64,000 nucleotides of DNA from Octopus sinensis (Eukaryota), in NCBI RefSeq assembly GCF_006345805.1, contig NC_043025.1:7192001-7256000 (forward strand), read 5' to 3'. The notes below the pieces were generated by a model. It searched no databases, had not been told where the DNA came from, and worked only from the letters and a program-made list of their open reading frames with translations. The number at the start of each line of letters is the position of its first letter. Position 1 is the stretch's first letter. A program made the translations under genes and the position numbers. Shown here piece by piece: positions 13,148 to 24,799 of this stretch.

Positions 13148-13380
13148 AGCAATGTCAGTGTGCACACACGACAGAGTGTACGTGCTTGTCTGTATTTGGT
13201 GAGGAGGAGAAGGGGAAACTGATGGAAAGAGGCCGGAATGGTAGTTGTATGGGGAAGGAGTTGTGTGTGTATATATATATCTTTGGGTGTTTGTTTATAT
13301 GTTTGTGGGTATGATATGTGTATAATCAAGTGAAGTGTATATTGATCATTCACTGTACTTTCTCTTTGTGTCTTTTGCAG

Positions 13381-15020
13381 GAAAAGAAATGCAGCCACAA
13401 CAACCAAACCTGTTTTTCCACACACACACACATTCACATGCACACACATACACGCACCAATGGTCATCATCATCATCATCATTGTTGTTGTCATCATCAT
13501 CATCATCATCATCATCATTTGGTGCTGCAAACATTCCGTCTTCCGAGATCTCCAGCAACCTTGGACCCCCTCCCTGTTACGGTCAGCAATCGAGTTGACG
13601 TGGCATCTGTGGGCTGATGCCATCCACCTCTCACTTCACCCATTTTGTACTCTCCGTCTCACTCACACTCCCCAGTTACGTCTCTCTCTCTCTCCCCCTT
13701 TCTCTTCTCATATTTCATCTAACTCCCTCCCACTTATACTCACCATTTGTCTCCCCCCCCCATCTGTCTCCTTCTCCCTCTTCATTTAACTTTTTCCTTC
13801 CTTTTCCACACACCATCATTCTCTCTATATGCATATAACACACACACGTATATGTGTATATATATATATATCTCTCTCTCTTTTTCGGAGAGGCACTGAG
13901 CATCTACACGCACATATACACCATATACACACGGCAGTAACTTCCACCTACCGAATTCAATCACAAAGCTCTGGTCGACTCGGGGCTATAGCAGAAGACA
14001 CTCGCCCAAAGTGCCACGCAGTGGGACTGAACCCGAAACCATGTGGCTAGGAAGCAAGCTCCCTAACCGCACAGCCATGCCCGAGACACACATAATGTAT
14101 GTGTGTGGCCTAGTGATCAGGGTGTTGTGCTCATGATCTCTGGATCGTGAGTTCAGTTCCTGGATCAAGCAGTGTGTTGTGTCCTTGAGTAAAACACTTC
14201 CTCTCGCTGTACCACGGGTCACACCTGACCCGTGGTACATTTGTGCACCCGTTCAGACAACGTTGATTTTGTCGGAGGGAGTGAACTAATCGTATGCGCA
14301 GGCCATTCAGCAGAAACTGAACACTCATACGTCATCCTCAGCAGCAGAATACATCATGTGTGTGTGTGTGTATGTATGTATATATATATAGGCGCAGGAG
14401 TGGCTGTGTGGTAAGTAGCTTGCTAACCAACCACGTGGTTCCGGGTTCAGTCCCACTGCGTGGCATCTTGGGCAAGTGTCTTCTGCTATAGCCCTGGGCC
14501 GACCAATGCCTTGTGAGTGGATTTGGTAGACGGAAACTGAAAGAAGCCTGTCGTATATATGTATATATATAGATGTTTGTGTGTCTGTGTTTGTCAACCG
14601 ATGCTGGTGTGTTTACTTCCCCGTCACTTAGCGGTTCGGCAAAAGATACCGATAGAATAAGTACTGGGCTTACAAAGAATAAGTCCCGGGGTCGATTTGC
14701 TCGACTAAAAGGCGGTGCTCCAGCATGGCTGCAGTCAAATGACTGAAACAAGTAAAAGAGTAAAGAGAGATATATATGTCTCGGCCTTCACAATACCCTA
14801 CTGTAACAATATCACCCTATCTGCTTTCCATTCCCTGACCTTTCAACAGCCATCACCACCACTACCATCATCATCATCATCATCATCATATCACTGATGC
14901 CAGACTACATAAGCAGAAAACATTACAAAAACACAAAGGTAACTGCATTTGTCATCCCTTTTTGGATTATTCTTCATCTGATTTAGTTTTACAAATTATT
15001 TCTGCGTATTTTTAAATAAA
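13381..15020 (+). other. PBRM1: Probable PBRM1 terminal exon (last 2 nt of the stop codon plus 3'UTR)
   Basis: Strong pyrimidine tract and acceptor ctttctctttgtgtcttttgcag|13381. Joining T(9864) to GA gives TGA. The end is provisional, set at an AATAAA at 15015-15020 followed by T-rich sequence. Confidence 0.5.
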
Positions 15021-16451
15021 AGTTTTTTTCAAAAATTATTATATTGTTGTTGTTGTTGTTGTTGTTGTTTAGGTGGTGTGCTGGCAGAATCATGAGCATG
15101 CCAGGCAAAATGCTCAATGGTGTTTTGTCTATCTTCACGTTCTGAGTTCAAATTCTGCCACGGTTGACTTTGCCTTTCAACCCTTCAGGATCAATAAATT
15201 AAGTACCAGTGAAACACTGGGATCAATGTAATTGACTTACCCGCTCCCTGCAATTTCAGACCTTGTGCCTACAGTAGAAATAATTATTGTTGGCGAGCTG
15301 GCCAAATCGTTAGCATGCCGAGCAAAATGCTTAGTGGTATTTCGTCTGCTGTTATGTTCTCCATTTTGGAGACTTTTAGTGATGCTTTTACACACATATA
15401 CTTGTGGTCTCCGACCAAGACCTTAGAAGGTCTTAAGCCAAAAGATGTGAATCGTGATATGATCAGCCTATTTAAAGAGTTAAGATGGCTCAAATGAAAA
15501 ATCCTATCCGAAAGCCGTGATTGGTCAGTTTACACACTGGTGCGAGGTAAGTAGAGAGACAGACCACGCTTAGATGCTAACCAATCAGATCAGTGGACAC
15601 AACAAGGTTAAACTAGCCAAAGATGTTTGTAATTCCAAACGAGATCATTCTTAATATTTTTCTCAAACAGTGAAGATAGCAATGAAGAAAACAATATTGC
15701 TACACACTTTTGTTTATATAGAAGTCTTTCTGATGATGCCCAGTCAGGTAGGAGGGCACCTCGGTAACCAAAGAAGCTGTGGGCACAAGCCTGGGTGAAG
15801 CTGGCCGCAAGTGCAGATCTGTGGTAGAAGCAGATATTTTCATATATAAAATTAAATGACTTCATTTTTGTATAATTTAGTGTTGTTTTCGTGGTCTTGT
15901 GGGTAACTACACATACTATATTACACATCCTAAACAAGGTTCAGTCTCTCCAAAGACCATTATTCACAGCCTTTATAAAATTTTTAATTATTTTTTTTTT
16001 TTTTATTTCCTATGGAGATAGGTAAAAATAAAGAAATATTTAAAGACATATAAAAATAAAGAAATATTTAAACATTTGACAAGTCAGTCAATCACTGGCT
16101 GACACTCGCTGACGATACATCGAAGAGGCCAGGGAACAGAAGAAAGAAGAAAGACATGCACCCAACACCAGAGCTGAAGACACCTCCGCTAGAGGAGTAG
16201 GGGCCGAAAGCGGATGTGGTTCCTCCTGATGATGTCTTGATCGAACTGGATCCTATAAAGGAGCTGTTGTGGTAGCAGACCACAAAACACGGTTGTAATT
16301 CCTCCTTTAACTCACCCCCACCACTCCACTGCTCTTGAAATTCCTTTATCTGCAAGGACATCCAAACAGATCCCTAATTTGGGAGAGCAAACAAACAGAG
16401 ATACGTAAAACCATTTTCTGTGATCGGTTATTGATCTTCAGCTAGGATAGG

Positions 16452-19400
16452 TTTAAATATCTCATTTTTTCACTCTATTTCTGTGGTTTGGGTTTCAATT
16501 CCTTCCCAGTCAAAAAGTTATTTTTTTTTGTTATTAACTGAAATAAATTGAAATATCTTTATTTTACCCCTTAACATTGTTGTTGCTTTGTCTGTTAAAT
16601 GGTGGTTTGGGTTTCAATTCCTTCCCAGTCTAAAAATTATTTTCTTGTTATTAAGTGAAGTATTATGATTATAGACAAGTGGCTAGAGATGGTCACAACT
16701 GGAGTGTTGTTAATTATAATTGGTATGGTAGAGTAGAACTAATCTGGAGTAAACAATGAAGCATTGTGTGTGTGTGTGTGTGTGTGTGAAAAATGGGTCT
16801 CAAGACAGCCTTGCCATAGTTACCAAATTTAAATAAATTTAAATATCTTTATTTTCCCCTTAACATTGTTGCTGCTTTGTCTGTTAAATGGTGGTTTGGG
16901 TTTCAATTCCTTCCTGGTCTAAAGATTATTATTTAAATTCATTTCAGTAAATATCTTTATTTTCCCCTTAACATTGTTGCTGCTTTGTCTGTTAAATGGT
17001 GGTTTGGGTTTCAATTCCTTCCTGGTCTAAAGATTATTATTTAAATTCATTTCAGTAAATATCTTTATTTTCCCCTTAACATTGTTGCTGCTTTGTCTGT
17101 TAAATGGTGGTTTGGGTTTCAATTCCTTCCTGGTCTAAAGATTATTATTTAAATTCATTTCAGTAAATATCTTTATTTTCCCCTTAACATTGTTGCTGCT
17201 TTGTCTGTTAAATGGTGGTTTGGGTTTCAATTCCTTCCTGGTCTAAAGATTATTATTTAAATTCATTTCAGTAAATATCTTTATTTTCCCCTTAACATTG
17301 TTGCTGCTTTGTCTGTTAAATGGTGGTTTGGGTTTCAATTCCTTCCCAGTCTAAAAATTATTTTCTTGTTATTAAGTGAAGTATTATGATTATAGACAAG
17401 TGGCTAGAGATGGTCACAACTGGAGTGTCGTTAATTATAATTGGTCTGGTAGAGTAGAACTAATCTGGAGTAAACAATGAAGCATAGTGTGTGTGTTTGT
17501 GTGTGTGTGTGTGAAAAATGGGTCTCAAGACAGCCTTGCCATAGTTACCAAATCTTTTCATTAAGCACAAAAATTTAAATAAATTTAAATATCTTTATTT
17601 TTTACCCCTTAACATTTGTTAAATGTATGTTAAATGGTGGTTAGGGTTTCAAATCCTTCTCAGTCTAAAGATAATTTTTTTTTATAACTGAAATTGGTCT
17701 GGTGGAGTAGAACTGATCTGGAGTAAACAATGAAGCATTGTGTGTGTATGTATGAAAAATGGGTCTTAAGACAGCCTTGCCATAGTTACCAAATCTTTTC
17801 ATTAGGCACAAAAATTTAAATAAATTTAAATATCTTTATTTTTTTTTTTTTACCCTTTAACATTGTTACTGCTTTGTCTGTTAAATGGTGGTTTGGGTTT
17901 CAATTCCTTCCCAGTCTAAAAATTATTTTTTATTAACTGAAATTGGCCTGGTGGAGTAGAACTGATCTGGAGTAAACAATGAAGACCTGTGTGTGATAAA
18001 TGGGTCTCAGGACAGCCTTGCCATAATTATCAAATTTAAATAAATTTAAATATCTTTATTTTTTTTTTACCCCTTAACATTGTCGCTGCTTTGTCTGTTC
18101 AATAGTGGTTTGGGTTTCAATGTCTTCCCAGTCTAAAAGTAATTTTTTTTTGTTATTTACTGAAATAGATTTAAATATCTGAATTTTTCCATTAATTTTG
18201 TAGCAGCTTCAGTGGCCTAGTAGGTAAGGTGCTAGAAGTAGTGGCAAAATAATGGTTGAGGTTTCAAACCTCTGCCAGGAAATCTAAATTTTTCACTTTT
18301 TTTGTCTCTAGTGGAAAAAAAACGAATTTCCTGGCAGAGGTTTGAAACCTCAACCATTATTTTGCCACTACTTCTAGCACCTTACCTACTAGGCCACCGA
18401 AGCTGCTACAAAATTAATGGAAAAATTCAGATATTTAAATCTATTTCAGTAAATAACAAAAAAAAAATTACTTTTAGACTGGGAAGACATTGAAACCCAA
18501 ACCACCAAAAAAAAATTACTTTTAGACTGGGAAGACATTGAAACCCAAACCACTATTGAACAGACCAATTTCAGTTATAAACAAAAATAATCTTTAGACT
18601 GAGAAGGATTTGAAACCCTAACCACCATTTAACAGACAAAGCAGCAACAATGTCAAGGGGTAAAAAAAAAATAAAGATATTTAAATTTATTTAAATTTGG
18701 TAATTATGGCAAGGCTGTCTTGAGACCCATTTTTCACACACACACACACACACACACACAATGCTTCGTTGTTTACTCCAGATCAGTTCTACTCCACCAG
18801 ACCAATTTCAGTAAATAAAAAATAATTTTCAGACTGGGAAGGAATTGAAACCCAAACCACCATTTAACAGACAAAGCAACAACAATGTTAAAGGGTAAAA
18901 AAAAAAAAAAAAGATATTTAAATTTATTTAAATTTTTGTGCCTAATGAAAAGATTTGGTAACTATGGCAAGGCTGTCTTCAGACCCATTTTTCACACACA
19001 CACTGCTTCATTGTTTACTCCAGATTAGTTCTACTCTACCACCACCACCCACACCCACACCCACACACACTCTGCTTCATTGTTTACTCCAGATTAGTTC
19101 TACTCTACCACCACCACCACCACCCACACCCACACACACTCTGCTTCATTGTTTACTCCAGATTAGTTCTACTCTACCAGAACAATTATAATTAACGACA
19201 CTCCAGTTGTGACCATCTCTAGCCACTAGTCTATAATCATAATACTTCACTTAATAACAAGAAAATAATTTTTAGACTGAGAAGGAATTGAAACCCAAAC
19301 CACCATTTAACAGACAAAGCAGCAACAATGTTAAGGGGAAAATAAAGATATTTAAATACATTTCAGTTAAAAAAAAAAAAATTTTAGACTAGGAAGGAAT

Positions 19401-19592
19401 TGAAACCCGAACCACCATTTAACAGGCAAAGCAGCAACAATGTTAAGGTGAAAATAAATTTATTTCAATTTATTTCAGTTAATAACAAAAATAAAATTAC
19501 TTTTAGACTGGGAAGGAATTGAAACCCAAACCACCATTTAACAGACAAAATGACTAACAAACAATTTCAATGTTAAAATTTAGATATTTAAA
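16452..19592. repeat. ~3.1-kb modular foldback palindrome
   Basis: Modules (cttaacattgttgctgctttgtctgttaaatggtggtttgggtttcaattcc...) are in + orientation at 16450-18280, including about five tandem ~107-bp copies at 16842-17340, and in - orientation at 18326-19592. A near-perfect ~170-bp stem surrounds a 42-nt loop at 18284-18325. Confidence 0.9.
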
Positions 19593-21124
19593 TATTTTCT
19601 TTATTGGTAAGACTGCTCTTGATGCTGTTAAGCAACAAGACGAGTAAGGGTGATTAGGTGAGGGTTTAGGGCTTAGGGGCAGGAGACCCCAGACCTTGGG
19701 GGGAAAAAGAAAAACTTTGCTTGTCTTATTGTAGTCGAGGGCTCTTCGTTGATGCCTAACACCACTGGGAGGTGGCCATCAAAGTCACTGGAAATGGAGA
19801 TCTCTAGGTCCAAATCCTTGGACTACTGTTGTTGCTGTTTGTTCCTTCTCAAGCTATGCCTGCTTCATAAGGGCTGGTTTCCCAGTTTCATTGGCGTATA
19901 AGTTCCCCCACCTGGATGGTATGTTGGTCTATTGCAGGTGAGCTGCAAGATGCAGGAGGAAAACGTGAGAGAAAGTCGTGGCGAAAGGATCAGCAGAAGT
20001 TTACCATTACCTTCTGCCGGAGCCGCCTGGAAGGCTTCGGTGTTTCACTCATAAACATACACATCGCCCGGTCTGAGATTCGAACACGCGTCCCACGTCT
20101 GCTGCTCTAACCACTAGGCGATGTTACATTCTGCTGTTACATTCTGAGTTCAAATTCCGCCGAGGTCGACTTTGCCTTTCATCCTTTCGGGGTCGATTAA
20201 ATAAGTACCAGTTACGCACTGGGGTTGATATAATCGACTTAATCCGTTTGTCTGTCCTTGTTTGTCCCTTCTGTGTTTAGCCCCTGGTGGGTAGTAAAGA
20301 AATAAGAACCGTTAGAACGCCGGGTGAAATGCTTACCGGTATTTCGTCTGCGTTACGTTCTGAGTTCAAATTCCGCCGAGGTCGACTTTGCCTTTCAGTA
20401 ACACGAATGGTAACAAAAGGACTTACACACAACTGGTTGATTGTTTAACGAACTGATTAAACAATTAATATAGTCATTGGTTGTTTAGATATCTCTAACC
20501 AATAGACTAATAATAAAAAAGTGAAATAAAAACGGTGGTGTGTTTACATTGACATAACGACCCACCCAAGACACAAAAAAATATGTTTCAACATGATTTC
20601 ACATCAAGAACCTTGCAAATCAAACACAAAACAAAATAAACATATTTTATAAATGTTTTTAATTATTATTAGTTTTAATAACGAAACGTTGCAAATTATA
20701 AAAAACAATTAATAGTAAAAGTTAGTTCATCATAAATGTTTTTCTTGTACAGAAAATTCATATCTTTAATATACAAGTGTGAATTAGTTGAAAAAAACCC
20801 CCAAAAAACTGGAGTTGAGTTTGTTTTCTAGGGTTTTGGAAAGGGGCTGTTTTTAGAGTGGTTCTTTGAGATATTCTTTGTCATATGAAATCTATGAGTA
20901 TTCATTTATTTTATTTACTTGTTTCAGTCATTTGACTGCGGCCATGCTGGAGCACTGCCTTTAGTCGAGGAAATTGACCCAAGGACTTATTCTTTGTAAG
21001 CCTAGTACTTATTCTATCAGTCTCTTTTGCCGAACCACTAAGTTACGGGGACGTAAACATACCAGCATCGGTTGTCAAGCGATGTTGGAGGAGGAGAGGG
21101 GGCAAACACAACACACAAACATGC

Positions 21125-21174
<50 letters not shown>

Positions 21175-21855
21175 GACGGGCTTCTTTCAGTTTCCATCTG
21201 CCAATACAACACTCAAGGTTTTGGTCGGCCCGAGGCTATAGCAGAAGACAGTTACCCTAGGTGCCACGCAGTGGGACTGAACCCGGAACCATGTGGTTCG
21301 TAAGCAAGCTACTTACCACACAGCCAGGAGAATTTTGAGGAGGTTTGCTTAGAGAAAGAAAGGGTGTTTTTCTGAGATGGTTGGAATTAATAACAAGACT
21401 AAAAGGTCAAACTGCAATGTCAATTGTAATAAATTTCTTTTAGTCGTCGTGTGACTGACTGAATTTTTGGTCAATCATGTTACCCCTCTGTAGAAAATAG
21501 AGCCTATTAGATTGTTTTGGAAGGTCTTAAAACGTGTTTGTGACTGTGTATGTCTGTGTCATCATCATCATCATTTAGCGTCCGCTTTCCATGCTAGCAT
21601 GGGTTGGACGGTTCACCTGGGGTCTGTGAAGCCGGAAGGCTTCGTCAGGCCCAGTCAGATCTGGCAGTGTTTCTACGGCTGGATGCCCTTCCTGACGCCA
21701 ACCACTCTGTGAGTGTAGTGGGTGCTTTTTATGTGCCACCTGCACAGGCGCCAGACGAGGCCGGCAAACCTTGCAAATTGTGTATGATTAAGAATATGTA
21801 TGTGAAAGTGTGTTTGTTCTCCAGTTATTTTAGTAACAAAAATGAGAACATTGTA

Positions 21856-21889
<34 letters not shown>

Positions 21890-22611
21890 TAATATATAAA
21901 GATTACCTGGTTTGGTTTATCTGGGGAAACTTTTTTTTTTTTAATGAAAGGTTTCTCATATTTTTATAAATATATATATATTTTTTTTTACATTTTTAGT
22001 TTAGATGAAAATATATACCCCTCGGTATATTTACAAACAATTATTTATAGCCTTACTTGCTTCAAGTTTCACTGTTCCAAAGCAAAAAAAAAATTATTAT
22101 TTATCATTCTCTCGAAGTTTATAAAGTATTACAACATCAATTTTAATTGCAATCATACTGTAATACAAGTTATGATATAACTATGACCTTGACTTAATCA
22201 GTCATAAGTTGTTACGTCACGCTGATCCAGATTTCATTCAATCTTTACATCCTGAGTTCAAATTCCGCTGAGGCCAACATGGCTTTTTATCTTTTGACGA
22301 TCAGTGAAATAAGTACCAGCTGAACACTGGGGGTCGATGGAATTGACTTAACTGTTCCTGGGAATAAGTATAAAAACAAAAAGCCTGCATGTATCGGTGA
22401 AACCACGTCGAGCCATTGTGGCAGAGTAGGCCCATGAAACCAGTATGATCTCAAGCTCATATTCATGGGCTCCACACTGGACTGTGGTTGGGTGGGGGAG
22501 AACATGTCCAGGGTCTTGTCCTGCATTGTGTATTATATCTACGATTATTCACGCACGGGATTAGTAAACGTAACAGCGTCTTCGGTAAAAAAATTTGTGT
22601 GCTGGAGTATA

Positions 22612-22921
22612 TGTGTGAGTGTGTATGTATATATATATACATACACACATATATACATGTCTATATATACATACACACATATATACATGTCTATATATAT
22701 ATACACACATATATACATGTCTATATATATACATATATATATATATACATACACACATATATACATGTCTATATATATATACACACACACATATATACAT
22801 GTGTATATATATATACACACACACATATATACATGTCTATATATATATACACACACACACATATACGTCTGTCTATATATATATATATATACATATACAC
22901 ACACACACACACATATATACA

Positions 22922-22963
<42 letters not shown>

Positions 22964-23260
22964 TATGCATGTCTATATATATATATGTCTATATATATAT
23001 CTATATACAGATATGTATATATGAGTATATATATATCTATATACATAGATATGTATATATGTGTATATATATATATCTATATACATAGATATGTATATAT
23101 ATATGTGTATATACGCATGTATGTGTACGTGTGTGTATATTTATATATGTGTTTATATTCATGTATATGTGCATATTTATCTGTGTCTATATACGTATAT
23201 ATGTGTGTGTGTGTGTGTTTTTATGTATGTATGTATGTATGTATGTATGTATATATGTGT
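22612..23260. repeat. Compound (TA)n/(CA)n/(TG)n microsatellite
   Basis: Higher-order atatacatgtctatatata units. Similar tracts at 7610-7760, 9410-9580 and many shorter sites; (ACC)n tract at 170-490. Confidence 0.95.
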
Positions 23261-23676
23261 GTTTATAGATATACATCTGTATGTGGGGCTGAAGAAATTT
23301 CAAAAAATATACTCAAAGCACTAAAAGCTGAAACTTGCATCTTGGTAACAGCTGGTAAAACTGGAAATTTATATAATATCGACAATCGAATGTATAAAAG
23401 AATTATGACGAAAGAACTTGTTTAGTATGGTCCAGCATGGCCACAGCCCTAGGGCCGAAAAGTATAAAAGAATAAAAAAAAATATATATATATAACACAA
23501 AGAAAAAATGTACAATATATGGAGTTAATAACAATAATAATAAGTGTTTAGCGTTTTGGTAGAAGTTCAGATGGAGAGAGAATCGGCAGGAGTGTATTGG
23601 TACTTTGCAGCAGCAGCGTCATCGTGGGAGTTGAGCGTGTTTCCATCATCTGTGCTGCAACCCTTTCTCACTCATC

Positions 23677-23798
23677 TTAGATCAGTAGATTAAAGAGGGC
23701 TGTCGAAAGAAGCGTGATCACCAGACAAACAGACTGCAACATGTTACAACCTGCAGTGATGGGATCTGATATTGAGTAAGTTGTGTCGGCTCTTTGGT
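23677..23798 (-). CDS. CD109: CD109-like TEP terminal exon with GPI-anchor-type hydrophobic tail
   Basis: Strong acceptor ttttctttctgttttccag|, phase 1. (D)QRADTTYSISDPITAGCNMLQSVCLVITLLSTALFNLLI-TAA continues the YYxP..RA...Y pattern and ends in small residues, a spacer and a 17-aa hydrophobic segment, as in GPI-anchored CD109. Missed by the ORF track because it is short. Confidence 0.8.
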
Positions 23799-23829
23799 CT
23801 GGAAAACAGAAAGAAAACACACACATATA

Positions 23830-24333
23830 AATATATATAAAACTCTAGTTGTGTGAGTGTCTGTCCCCTTCGATTTAGATTCCTAACTCCTCCCACATTT
23901 TGCGGTGCAGTTTAACCAAATTCGGGTATCTTATAGTCGTGATTCATATCGAGCCCGTCTGACTATTAGCGCGCGTCAACGATGAGTCTACGATTTTAAA
24001 AATAATTTAACATCATTTTTTATTCCATTTTAATGCATAAAATGCATCGTATGTCGATGGCGGCGGAGTTGGCGTCCACGCTCACAGCTGCACCTGTTTG
24101 CTTCGTCCCCTTCCCTCCCTCGTGAAGCTGTGGGGAAGGGAGTGTAAAGAAATCAACGTCGTAAAGCGTTGTGAAGGAAACCAGCGTTCTTTTAGAACAA
24201 CGACTTCATGGCTTGAAGACACCAAAACAAAAATGGCTAAGAAAGCCCGAATTTATAAGGGAAGTAACTCTCTAAAAATGCTTATATAGTTATTTCCCTT
24301 ACAAACACGAGCAACGCCGGGCGATACTGCTAG
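23830..24333 (+). mobile_element. Helitron-type non-autonomous element
   Basis: Same body as 9897-10400 plus the 3' end ...gagcaacgccgggcgatactgCTAG at 24333; 5' end degenerate. Confidence 0.8.
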
Positions 24334-24540
24334 TAAATATATATATATATAACGGGAAGCTTTACGAAAATAAACAAAAGACGAAGGCAGGTGGTGTACA
24401 AACAAACAGATGTATTAGTATAGCGCTCAGGAATAGAAAAAGTCTTTTACGTTTGGAGCCTATGCTCTTCTACATAAAGATACACAGAAAAAAATAAGGA
24501 GAGAAAAAAAATGCGTGCAAGAGCTAACGATTCAATATAT

Positions 24541-24571
<31 letters not shown>

Positions 24572-24799
24572 ATATAACATATATATATATATAAAGTTAA
24601 TCCAAACATGAAAACACCAAGAGAAAACACAACAACGCGAGGACGTGGAACAAATACAGTATTATTGGACACTCAGGAAGGAAGGGAAGAAGGAGGGTTT
24701 TACGTTTTGAGCGGAGCTCTTCGTCGGAAGGAAAGATCCAGAGAAGGGAAGACGGAGGGAAAAAAAATCGCCAACAGTACACACGCGGTCACATTTAGA

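Noticed and set aside
9864-13383. A-to-I recoding of the PBRM1 UGA stop to UGG
   Set aside because: The A has a 5' G neighbour, the context ADARs disfavour, and the downstream frame is largely microsatellite; there is no positive evidence.
16174-16215. CTGAAGA...GAAA hammerhead look-alike
   Set aside because: Stem II does not abut GAAA and no stem I or stem III pairing could be formed.
18203-18283. tRNA genes (also 7948-8020, 39243-39315 and the SINE heads)
   Set aside because: A/B boxes and D/T arms are present but acceptor and anticodon stems do not pair; these are tRNA-derived heads, not tRNAs.
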